Shown in pieces: positions 50,036-61,830 of a stretch of 64,000 nucleotides of DNA. The notes under the pieces are model-generated. The model did no database searches, was not told where the DNA came from, and saw only the letters and a list, made by a program, of their open reading frames with translations. The stretch spans positions 1 through 64,000 of the forward strand of contig NIVC01000739.1 of assembly GCA_002269645.1 (NCBI GenBank). The letters are read 5' to 3'. The stretch is from Macrostomum lignano. Its lineage: Eukaryota. A program made the position numbers and the translations under genes. Within the stretch, counting starts at the first letter, position 1; every line of letters begins with the position of its first letter.

Positions 50036-50820
50036 CACTTCCGGTGACCTAGGGAGACACTTCCGGTGACCTAGGGAGACACTTCCGGTGACCCAGGGAG
50101 ACACTTCCGGTGACCTAGGGAGACACTTCCAGTGACCTAGGGAGACACTTCCGGTGACCTAGGGAGACACTTCCAGTGACCTAGGGAGACACTTCCCGTG
50201 ACCCAGGGAGACACTTCCGGTGACCTAGGGAGACACTTCCGGTGACCTAGGGAGACACTTCCGGTAATCTAAGGAGACACTTCCGGTGACCTAGGGCGAC
50301 ACTTTCCAGTGACTTAGGGAGACACTTCCGGTGACCTAGGGAGACACATCCGGTGAACTAGGGAGACACTTCCGGCGACTTAGGGATACACTTCCGGTAA
50401 CCTATGGAGACTCTTCCGGTGACTTAGGGAGACACTTCCGGTGACCTATGGAGACTCTTCCGGTGACTTAGGGAGACACTTCCGGTGACCTATGGAGACT
50501 CTTCCGGTGACTTAGGGAGACACTTCCGGTGACCTACAGACAACCTTCCGGTGACCTAGAGAGACACTTTCCGGTGACCTAGAGGGACACTTTCCAGTGA
50601 CTTAGGGAGACACTCCCGGTGAACTAGGGAGACACATCCGGTGACCTAGAGAGACACTTTCCGGTGACTTAGGGAGACACTCCCGGTGAACTAGGGAGAC
50701 ACTTCCGGCGACTTAGGGATACACTTCCGGTAACCTATGGAGACTCTTCCGGTGACTTAGGGAGACACTTCCGGTGACCTACAGACAACCTTCCGGTGGC
50801 CTAGAGACACTTTCGGTGAC
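50036..50820. repeat. 22-bp array gacacttccggtgacctaggga abutting the KANSL2-like start
   Basis: About 35 copies. Confidence 0.95.
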
Positions 50821-51252
50821 CTGAGTACAGACACTGAGTGACCTTAGGACAGACACTGAGTGACCTTAGGACAGATACTGAGTGACCTTAGGACAGATAC
50901 TGAGTGACCTGAGGACAGATACTGAGTGACCTGAGGACAGATACTGAGTGACCTGAGGACAGACACTGAGTGACCTGAGGACAGACACTGAGTGACCTGA
51001 GGACAGACACTGAGTGACCTGAGGACAGACACTGAGCGACCTGAGGACAGACACTAAGTGACCTGAGGACAGATACTGAGTGACCTGAGGACAGACACTG
51101 AGCGACCTGAGGACAGACACTAAGTGACCTGAAGACAGATACTGAGTGACCTGAGGACAGACACTGAGCGACCTGAGGACAGACACTAAGTGACCTGAGG
51201 ACAGACACTGAGCTGACCTGAGGACAGACACTGAGTGACCTGAGGACAGACT
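50821..51252. repeat. 22-bp array gtgacctgaggacagacactga
   Basis: About 19 copies, contiguous with the previous array. Confidence 0.95.
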
Positions 51253-52111
51253 TAAGTTTCAAAAGTGCCTATAAAAAGCCATTGACTCCTTGAAAGCTTC
51301 CTTGCATACAAACAGAAATAAATTTAAAAAGAAAAACTTTTTAAAAACAACATTAATATTAAAATATGCCGAATAGCATTGCTTGCTTATATAAATAGAT
51401 TTTTTAACAAATAATCGAATCAGTGAATAACAAAAAAACTTTGTTTATAATAAAAGTATTGAACATTTTCAAAAGATCCTAAAAATTATAAATATTGCTT
51501 GACAGAAAAGCTGTTTTAAAAAAATTGCAAGTATCTCGGACTTTCATACTACAGAAAAAAAAATTTGCTAAGTGTACTGTTTCAACATGCAATTATTTTG
51601 ATAGTTAACCGTGTGGAAAAGCTCATTACTATACTACTAATATGTTAAATATTTAGACAACACAGACATAAGCTGTTAAAGACTTAACAAACTCATTCTA
51701 AACAGTTGGTACAAAACTAAGTAGGTCTAACATTTAAATTACGTTATTAAATACGAAAAAGCCGTAAAACAGCATTTATAGAAAACTGTCATAATTTTTT
51801 ATACATTTAAATTCAAATCGGCAACATTGAAAACCTGTTTAGTGACAATAATTTTTTCCTTCGTAAATTTTGAAGCAGAACAAAAGCTAAAAAGCAGCGG
51901 TCACAAAAAAACGCGAAAAGCTCTGGAACTACTAAGAGTAGTTCAGCAAAATAAGAGACAACTTTAGACTAGAACTGGTTCACGACTATTTCTATATAAA
52001 AATACAGGAAAAAATTGACTCAATTGTTCTCAGGTTGTACATTGCAATGCCAAAAACCCAGCAAAAATACCCTGGCTAAAAATCGGCTCCATTGTGGCGC
52101 ATTTTTTAATT

Positions 52112-53648
52112 GACCAAACCGGATGCTAAATATGGCGCCAAACATTATGCTAAATATGGCGCCAAACAGGATGCTAAATATGGCGCCAAACAGGATGCTA
52201 AATATGGCGTCAAATATTATGCTAAATATGGCGCCAAACATTATGCTAAATATGGCGCCAAATGTTATGCTAAATATGGCGCAAAACATTATGCTAAATA
52301 TGGCGCCAAACCGGATGCTAAATATGGCGCCAAACAGGATGCTAAATATGGCGCCAAATATTATGCTAAATATGGCGCCAAACATTATGCTAAATATGGC
52401 GCCAAATATTATGCTAAATATGGCGCCAAACATTATGCTAAATATGGCGCCAAACCGTGTGCTAAATATGGCGCCAAACATTATGCTAAATATGGCGCCA
52501 AATATTATGCTAAATATGGCGCCAAACATTATGCTAAATATGGCGCCAAACCGTGTGCTAAATATGGCGCCACACATTATGCTAAATATGGCGCCAAATA
52601 TTATGCTAAATATGGTGCCAAATATTATGCTAAATATGGCGCCAAACCGTGTGCTAAAATGGTGCCAAATATTATGCTAAATATGGCACTAAATAGAATG
52701 CTAAATATGGCGCCAAATCGGATGCTAAATATGGTGCCAAATCGGATGCTAAATATGGTGCCAAATCGGATGCTAAATATGGTGCCAAATATTATGCTAA
52801 ATATGGCGCCAAACATTATGCTAAATATGGCGCCAAACCGTGTGCTAAATATGGTGCCAAATATTATGCTAAATATGGCGCGAAATATTATGCTAAATAT
52901 GGCGCCAAACATTATGCTAAATATGGCGCCAAACATTATGCTAAATATGGCGCCAAATATTATGCTAAATATGGCACTAAATAGAATGCTAAATATGGTG
53001 CCAAATATTATGCTAAATATGGCACTAAATAGAATGCTAAATATGGTGCCAAACATTATGCTAAATATGGCGCCAAACATTATGCTAAATATGGCGCCAA
53101 ATATTATGCTAAATATGGCACTAAATAGAATGCTAAATATGGTGCCAAACATTATGCTAAATATGGCGCCAAATATTATGCTAAATATGGCACTAAATAG
53201 AATGCTAAATATGGTGCCAAATATTATGCTAAATATGGCACTAAATAGAATGCTAAATATGGTGCCAAATATTATGCTAAATATGGCGCGAAATATTATG
53301 CTAAATATGGCGCCAAACATTATGCTAAATATGGCGCCAAATATTATGCTAAATATGGCGCCAAACATTATGCTAAATATGGCGCCAAATAGAATGTTAA
53401 ATATGGCGCCAAATATTATGCTAAATATGGTGCCAAATATTATGCTGAATATGGCGCCAAATATTATGCTAAATATGGCGCCAAATGTTATGCTGAATAT
53501 GGCGCCAAACATTATGCTAAATATGGTGCCAAACATTATGCTAAATATGGTGCTAAATATTATGCTAAATATGGCGCCAAACCGGATGCTAAATATGGTG
53601 CCAAATATTATGCTGAATGTGGCGCCAAACCAGATGCTAAATATGGCA
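52112..53648. repeat. 24-bp array atgctaaatatggcgccaaacatt
   Basis: About 64 units; source of the spurious 520-aa ORF. Confidence 0.97.
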
Positions 53649-53746
53649 GCAAGTCTAAAAAAAGTTTTTTAACAAAAAGTACACATAAAAAATAAGAAAA
53701 CAGATTTACTCTCAGCCTCTGTTCCAATCTCCATCTTCAGCCTAGA

Positions 53747-56700
53747 TCAATTGCTACTACCCAGCGGCAGCAGGTAGATAAAGATGTAGACAACATCCAA
53801 GTACAGCTGCATCGCTCCGGACACGTATTCCTCGGGGCTCAGCTCGTACTTGCGGCCGCCAACCACCTGCTGGGTGTCGTAGACAAGAAAAATGGAGAAC
53901 ACCAGGGCGCCAACGCCCCCGTAGACGCAGTCAAGTAGGCGACTGGCTCCAACCACGGCGTAGGAGATTGAGCAGGCCAGGGCGAACAGGATGAAGACTA
54001 GCGAGATCACTAGGATTAGGCCGGAGCACATGGTGAAATCGATCTGGGTTGGAGTGCGGAACGATTTTAATTGTTTGTTTGTTTGCAGGGGTTTGGCTCA
54101 TTCCGCCGACTCCCTTGAGCAGTCATACGCAGCGGCCCTAACTTTATTTATCGTTAGGCATGTACACTTCACTGTGCTTTGGGGGGGAGGGTTGGCCTTC
54201 CAGGCCGTTAATTGCACGAGCAGAGCAAAGCCGAGATTCCAATTTAGCCCCAAATTAATGCGATTTCATTTGGAATCGAGCAATGACAGGTAATTACAGG
54301 TGACCTAGGACAGGTATCACAGATGACCTATGACAGGTATCACAGATGACCTAGGACAGGTATCACAGGTGACCTAGGACAGGTATTACAGGTGACCTAG
54401 GACAGGTATCACAGGTGACCTATGACAGGTATCACAGATGACCTATGACAGGTATCACAGATGACCTAGGACAGGTATTAAAGGTGACTTAGGACAGGTA
54501 TTAAAGGCGACTTAGGACAGGTATCACAGATGACTTAGGACAGGTATCACAGATGACCTATGACAGGTATCACAGATGACCTAGGACAGGTATTAAAGGT
54601 GACTTAGGACAGGTATTAAAGGTGACTTAGGACAGGTATCACAAGTGACTTAGGACAGGTATCACAAGTGACTTAGGACAGGTATCACAAGTGACTTAGG
54701 ACATGTATCACAAGTGACTTAGGACAGGTATTAAAGGTGACTTAGGACAGGTATCACAAGTGACTTAGGACAGGTATCACAAGTGACTTAGGACATGTAT
54801 CACAAGTGACTTAGGACAGGTATTAAAGGTGACTTAGGACAGGTATCACAGGTGACCTATGACAGGTATCACAGATGACCTATGACAGGTATCACAGATG
54901 ACCTAGGACAGGTATTAAAGGTGACTTAGGACAGGTATTAAAGGTGACTTAGGACAGGTATTAAAGGTGACTTAGGACAGGTATTAAAGGTGACTTAGGA
55001 CAGGTATCACAGGTGACCTATGACAGGTATCACAGATGACCTATGACAGGTATCACAGATGACCTAGGACAGGTATTAAAGGTGACTTAGGACAGGTATT
55101 AAAGGTGACTTAGGATAGGTATTAAAGGTGACTTAGGACAGGTATCACAAGTGACTTAGGACAGGTATTAAAGGTGACTTAGGACAGGTATCACAGGTGA
55201 CTTAGGACAGGTATCACAAGTGACTTAGGACAGGTATTAAAGGTGACTTAGGACAGGTATTAAAGGTGACTTAGGACAGGTATCACAGGTGACTTAGGAC
55301 AGGTATCACAGGTGACCTTGGACAGTATCACAAGTGACTTAGGACATGTATTAATTACAGGTGACCTAGGACAGGTATTAAAGGTGACTTAGGACAGGTA
55401 TTAAAGGTGACTTAGGACAGGTATCACAAGTGACTTAGGACAGGTATCACAAGTGACTTAGGACAGGTATCACAAGTGACTTAGGACATGTATCAAAAGT
55501 GACTTAGGACAGGTATTAAAGGTGACTTAGGACAGGTATCACAAGTGACTTAGGACAGGTATCACAAGTGACTTAGGACAGGTATTAAAGGTGACTTAGG
55601 ACAGGTATCACAGGTGACCTATGACAGGTATCACAGATGACCTATGACAGGTATCACAGATGACCTAGGACAGGTATTAAAGGTGACTTAGGACAGGTAT
55701 TAAAGGCGACTTAGGACAGGTATCACAGATGACTTAGGACAGGTATCACAGATGACCTATGACAGGTATCACAGATGACCTAGGACAGGTATTAAAGGTG
55801 ACTTAGGACAGGTATTAAAGGTGACTTAGGACAGGTATCACAAGTGACTTAGGACAGGTATCACAAGTGACTTAGGACATGTATCACAAGTGACTTAGGA
55901 CAGGTATTAAAGGTGACTTAGGACAGGTATCACAGGTGACCTATGACAGGTATCACAGATGACCTATGACAGGTATCACAGATGACCTAGGACAGGTATT
56001 AAAGGTGACTTAGGACAGGTATTAAATGTGACTTAGGACAGGTATTAAAGGTGACTTAGGACAGGTATCACAAGTGACTTAGGACAGGTATTAAAGGTGA
56101 CTTAGGACAGATATCACAGGTGACTTAGGACAGGTATCACAAGTGACTTAGGACAGGTATTAAAGGTGACTTAGGACAGGTATTAAAGGTGACTTAGGAC
56201 AGGTATCACAGGTGACTTAGGACAGGTATCACAGGTGACCTTGGACAGTATCACAAGTGACTTAGGACATGTATTAATTACAGGTGACCTAGGACAGGTA
56301 TTAAATGTGACTTAGGACAGGTATCACAAGTGACTTAGGACAGGTATTAAAGGTGACCTAGGACAGGTATTAAATGTGACTTAGGACAGGTATCACAAGT
56401 GACTTAGGACAGGTATCACAAGTGACTTAGGACAGGTATTAAAGGTGACTTAGGACAGGTATTAAAGGTGACCTAGGACAGGTATTAAAAGGTGACTTAG
56501 GACAGGTATTAAAGGTGACTTAGGACAGGTATAACAGGTGACTTAAAACAGGTATTACAGGTGACCTAGGACAGTAACACAGGTGACTTAAGACAGGTAT
56601 CACAAGTGACTTAGGACAGGTATTACAGGAGACCTAGGACAGGTATCACAAGTGACTTAGGACAGGTATTAAAGGTGACTTAGGACAGGTATTAAAGGTG

Positions 56701-58799
56701 ACTTAGGACAGGTATTAAAGGTGACTTAGGACAGGTATCACAGGTGACCTATGACAGGTATCACAGATGACCTATGACAGGTATCACAGATGACCTAGGA
56801 CAGGTATTAAAGGTGACTTAGGACAGGTATTAAAGGTGACTTAGGATAGGTATTAAAGGTGACTTAGGACAGGTATCACAAGTGACTTAGGACAGGTATT
56901 AAAGGTGACTTAGGACAGGTATCACAGGTGACTTAGGACAGGTATCACAAGTGACTTAGGACAGGTATTAAAGGTGACTTAGGACAGGTATTAAAGGTGA
57001 CTTAGGACAGGTATCACAGGTGACTTAGGACAGGTATCACAGGTGACCTTGGACAGTATCACAAGTGACTTAGGACATGTATTAATTACAGGTGACCTAG
57101 GACAGGTATTAAATGTGACTTAGGACAGGTATCACAAGTGACTTAGGACAGGTATTAAAGGTGACCTAGGACAGGTATTAAATGTGACTTAGGACAGGTA
57201 TCACAAGTGACTTAGGACAGGTATCACAAGTGACTTAGGACAGGTATTAAAGGTGACTTAGGACAGGTATTAAAGGTGACCTAGGACAGGTATTAAAAGG
57301 TGACTTAGGACAGGTATTAAAGGTGACTTAGGACAGGTATAACAGGTGACTTAAAACAGGTATTACAGGTGACCTAGGACAGTAACACAGGTGACTTAAG
57401 ACAGGTATCACAAGTGACTTAGGACAGGTATTACAGGAGACCTAGGACAGGTATCACAAGTGACTTAGGACAGGTATCACAGATGACCCAACACATGCAA
57501 AAAATATACGTCAAATTTCAAACAATTAAAGAATTTTATTCACCTTAGTCTGCACGGCAAAGATGCTAATAGCGATGCAGATGATGGAGCAGATTCCCAT
57601 GGCAATCAGAACGCCTTGGGTATTGTAGAACGAAGCGATGCAGCCCGTCATGTAGGAGAAAGCCAGAGTGAAAATCGACAGACAGATCATATTGCAGGGG
57701 AACCGGCGCCGCACAGACTTGCAGCACATTATCACCAGGTACACTACTATGAACACGCCGAATGAAATGTAGTAGAATAGAAGGTTCGTGTGCACCCATT
57801 TCTTCACGGACTCGCTGGAGTGTGGATTGGTAATGGGCTGTGTGTAGTTAGATAAATCATATATCTTAGTTAGATTTTAGCAGCGTTTTAGTAGACGAAA
57901 AGGTGTAGTTTTGAGCATCAAGACTGTAGATTTTGAGCATCAAGACTGCAGATTTTGAGCATCAAGACTGCAGATTTTGAGCATCAATACTGTAGATTTT
58001 GAGCATCAAGACTGTAGATTTTGAGCATCAAGACTGTAGATTTTGAGCATCAAGACTGTAGATTTTGAGCATCAAGACTGTAGATTTTGAGCATCAAGAC
58101 TGCAGATTTTGAGCATCAAGACTGTAGATTTTGAGCATCAAGACTGTAGATTTTGAGCATCAAGACTGCAGATTTTGAGCATCAAGACTGTAGATTTTGA
58201 GCATCAAGACTGTAGATTTTGAGCATCAAGACTGCAGATTTTGAGCATCAAGACTGTAGATTTTGAGCATCAAGACTGTAGATTTTGAGCATCAAGACTG
58301 TAGATTTTGAGTATCAAGACTGTAGGTCGAATCTGTACTCGTAGAATACGAGTAGCTTGTACTCGTACTCGTAGAATATGTCGATTGGATCTAATCAGAC
58401 TCAAAATGAAGACGCTGAACTCAAAACTCACCTAAAGGTGAACACGGACACTACAATACCAGTAACCAGCAGCTGCAGCATCAGCACAGCGTACACCCTG
58501 GTGATGAAGCCACGTCGCATGGCGGGATCAGAGAAGCTGGGCCCAGCCTCAAAACCGCCGCCGACACCTCCGCCACCTTCAATGATGGCCACGGCGTCGT
58601 GACCTTCAGGACGAGAGTGGGCGTAGCCCCCGCCAGCGGTGGCAGGCGGCTGACCCGAGTCGCCAGTGGCCACAGGTGCGTACTGCACCGACGGGTAGGC
58701 CGGCTTCACCGCATCTGTGTAGCTGGGCAGCTGCGGCTGCTGCCCTGCCTGCTGCTCCGCTGTTTGGTCTCGCTTCTCCAGGAAGATAGATTTTTTTCT
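53747..58799 (-). CDS. Lifeguard / TMBIM (Bax inhibitor-1 family) paralog B, multi-exon; start codon unresolved
   Basis: Exons 58799-58432, 57814-57544 and 54043-53747 (phases 2, 0). MRRGFITRVYAVLMLQLLVT, RRRFPCNMICLSIFT, QTKIDFTMCSG, FLVYDTQQVVGGRKYELSPEEYVSGAMQLYLDVVYIF. Confidence 0.9.
54085..54281 (-). mobile_element. tRNA-derived SINE family 1, copy C (internally deleted)
   Basis: Matches copies A and B from the B box to cattccgccgactccc, lacking a central stretch. Confidence 0.8.
54292..57488. repeat. 3.2-kb minisatellite, 23-bp unit aggtgacttaggacaggtat(taa/cac), with higher-order blocks (Lifeguard B intron)
   Basis: About 140 units. Confidence 0.98.
57905..58323. repeat. 22-bp array gattttgagcatcaagactgta (Lifeguard B intron)
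   Basis: About 19 copies. Confidence 0.97.
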
Positions 58800-58845
58800 C
58801 TGGAGGACTTAAAATTCAAACAATATTGTCCACACAGCAAGGCTA

Positions 58846-59474
58846 GGGATCTGGGAGGCTGGCCCAGCAACTGAGGATCTGGGAGGCTGGCCCAGCAACT
58901 GAGGATCTGGGAGGCTGGCCCAGTAGATGAGGATCTGGGAGGCTGACCCAGCAACTGAGAATATCGGAGGCTGGACCAGCAACTGAGAATATTGGAGGCT
59001 ATATAGATATAGATATCTATATAGATGAGGATCTGGGAGGCTGGCCCAGCAGATGAGGATCTGGGAGGCTGGCCCAGCAACTGAGGATCTGGGAGGCTGG
59101 CCCAGCAACTGAGGATCTGGGAGGCTGGCCCAGTAGATGAGGATCTGGGAGGCTGGCCCAGCAACTGAGGATCTGGGAGGCTGGCCCAGCAACTGAGGAT
59201 CTGGGAGGCTGGCCCAGTAGATGAGGATCTGGGAGGCTGGCCCAGCAACTGAGGATCTGGGAGGCTGGCCCAGCAACTGAGGATCTGGGAGGCTGGCCCA
59301 GTAGATGAGGATCTGGGAGGCTGGCCCAGCAACTGAGGATCTGGGAGGCTGGTGGCCCCAGCAACTGAGGATCTGGGAGGCTGGTGGCCCCAGCAACTGA
59401 GGATCTGGGAGGCTGGTGGCCCCAGCAACTGAGGATCTGGGAGGCTGGTGGCCCCAGCAACTGAGGATCTGGGA
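58846..59474. repeat. Third array of the 28-bp ggaggctggcccagcaactgaggatctg family, without the 190-bp unique flank
   Basis: Same unit as the arrays at 28957-29640 and 43870-44190. Confidence 0.95.
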
Positions 59475-60256
59475 AGGTGAAACAAAAGCCCGAAGACAAT
59501 GTGGTAAGTACAGCCGAATGACACTATAAAATAGACAATTTTGGCAGAGCAAGTAAACAGAAACGTCAACCAATGAATTTTTGGATGCAACAATAATTAC
59601 GAAGGGTAAAGCGACTATTTATATTGTTTATTGACAGTACGGCGGAGTCTGTTTTTAACAAAAAAACACGCACAGAGGTCTCAAACACAAAAGACAGGAG
59701 CCTGACAAAAAACAACAAAAAATATAGAGCTGTGTATTAAGCGTTTGAATATTCCAGAAAAAAACTGCGTTTCTGTTAACAATTTATAACATGGACAGTT
59801 AACTAACTGGATAAGCGAATCAATCGATAGGTTTGGATAAAAAAATTCACTCATAAAAGTGTGCTGCAATAGGCGCAAAAATTACATATACAATATCTAA
59901 AACTGAGTAGTTTTTTTTATAAAAAAACGAAATTGATAAAACAAAGATACTGGGATGAATTTGTTAAACAAAGACCTGCTAAACAGGAACACGTTCAAAG
60001 CACTTTTTCTGCTCAAATTGCATGACGGTCGGTTAATATGGCTTCTAGAAAGATTCTATAATCAAGCGTGCTTACAATATATTACCCCTGTACTTTTAGG
60101 GATCATTGACGTTAGTATTGATGACTACAACGGCATTGGTACGATAGAGAGGCTAATATTTAGAATCCGAGAAGACTTTAAAAACGCGAACTGATCAGAC
60201 ACAAATAACACCTAATAAAAAATGTTAGTAAAATTTAATGCTTAATCAGCTACATA

Positions 60257-61572
60257 CTGGGTGAACACTTAAAATCTGGATTTTCCGAGTTTAGGCCATA
60301 GACAGCGGCTGCTAGCTGCTATGAAGCCAGAAACTTACTGAGATGCTCTCACACTCACTAGCTATCAGTTCTGCAGCAGCAAAACTAGCAGCTCAAACCC
60401 TAACGAGCCATGCAGTCACTTAACGAAGAGCAGCGCAGACGCCTGGTCGTACAGTACAAAACTGAGCACCCCGGACAGAGCAACCATGCCATTGCTAAGT
60501 ACTTCGCTGAGGTTGGGGTGGCACGCTCCACAGTCTACGCCATTCTGAATCGTTACGAAGAAGGCGGCAAAGAATCTGTGCTGCGCAGTGCTGGTTCAGG
60601 CTGCCACAGGACGGAGCTCAAGGTCACGAACGCGGAAGTGAAGAACATCGTGAAGGACCCGCAACGAGGACTGTCGCAGCGGGAGATCGCGCGCAAGTTT
60701 GACATCAGCCAAGCTTATGTGGGGAAAATTCTTCAGGAAAATGGCCTGAAAGCTTATAAGAAGGAGAAAGTACCGGAGAGAGCGAGAGAGACAGCAGGTG
60801 CGTGTTGGCAGACTGTACCGAACCATCTTGGACGGACGCGGAGGCGACTTGGATTTCGTTATCGATGATGAGTCGTACTTCCACATGTCCAGCCAAACGA
60901 TTCCTGGCAACAGCTTCTACTATGCCACTGCACGCGGCGACGCTCCTGTTGAGAAGCGCGTTTCACCTCAAAAGAAGTTCGGCGACAAGATCCTGGTGTG
61001 GCTGGCCATCAGCAGGCATGGGGCTTCGCGAGTGTACATGTGTCACTCCAAGACGATGAACAAGGAGCTGTACGCAAACGAGTGCATTCGCAAGCGGCTG
61101 GTGCCATTTCTCAATGAGCAGCACAGCGATGGAAATCACCTGTTCTGGCCAGATCTGGCCACCTGCCATTACGCCAAGGACGTGATCGAGGTGTTCCAGC
61201 AGCTGGACATCAACTTTGTCTCGAAGGAGCAGAATCCTCCCTGCGTGCCTCACCTTCGTCCAATCGAGCACTTTTGGGGCATTTTGAAGCAGCAGGTGTA
61301 CCATCATAGTTGGCAGGCTCAGACACTTCAGCAGCTGGAGAACAGAATCAAGAAATGCCTGAGGGAGATGGACTGGTCCGTTGTACATCACATGATGGGA
61401 CAGGTCAAGTCGCAGATTCGCAGTGCGCGCGCTGATGGCTTTTAATCGGCTTATTGTTAACTCTATGATGATTCCTGTTTCTTGTTGAATATTTCCCTGT
61501 TAAAAAGTTTGGTTATCCTGTTTATAACGCCACGAAATATAAACATTTAGAGACGTCCAGATTTTAAGTGTT
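60257..61572 (+). mobile_element. Tc1/mariner-superfamily DD37E transposon; transposase split by a frameshift at ~60785
   Basis: Left end TA|ctgggtgaacacttaaaatctgga; right end tccagattttaagtgtt (inverted match to 60264-60280). ORFs 60410-60868 (HTH) and 60798-61445: VIDDESYF, WPDLATCHY, PHLRPIEHFWG, with 37 residues counted between the second D and the E. Confidence 0.92.
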
Positions 61573-61830
61573 AGGCTTAAAAGTGTTAAGTGTTATACGA
61601 TAGGCTATTATAGGACCAAACAGCTTAGACAACTAATAATAAAATACGTTTTTAACAAGATCAATTCACAGTCTCTAGAACGATGCGGGACTGTATATTA
61701 TAATGATACAACATTAAGACGTTTATGTTTTTTTGTTTGTTTCTCTTTCACTAATCATTTTTAAGTCCATCATCTATTGGGCGCAATCTCGTCGCTAAAA
61801 ATGTTAACTTTATCGAACATGCACAATCTC

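Noticed and set aside
52020-53672. 520-aa, 303-aa and 185-aa ORFs (KYGAK / MLNMAPN repeats)
   Set aside because: They are translations of a stop-free 24-bp minisatellite, open in several frames and on both strands, with no unique coding flanks.
8705-59474. Regular arrays as possible CRISPR loci
   Set aside because: The units are head-to-tail without unique spacers, there are no cas genes, and the context is eukaryotic.
28803-59593. Many SQILSCWASLPDPQLLGQPP, SVSTPCSVCV, CLSV/TDRQ, MLIYYL and HPGVCTLVC ORFs
   Set aside because: They are array translations, mostly inside introns of genes whose exons splice in phase around them.
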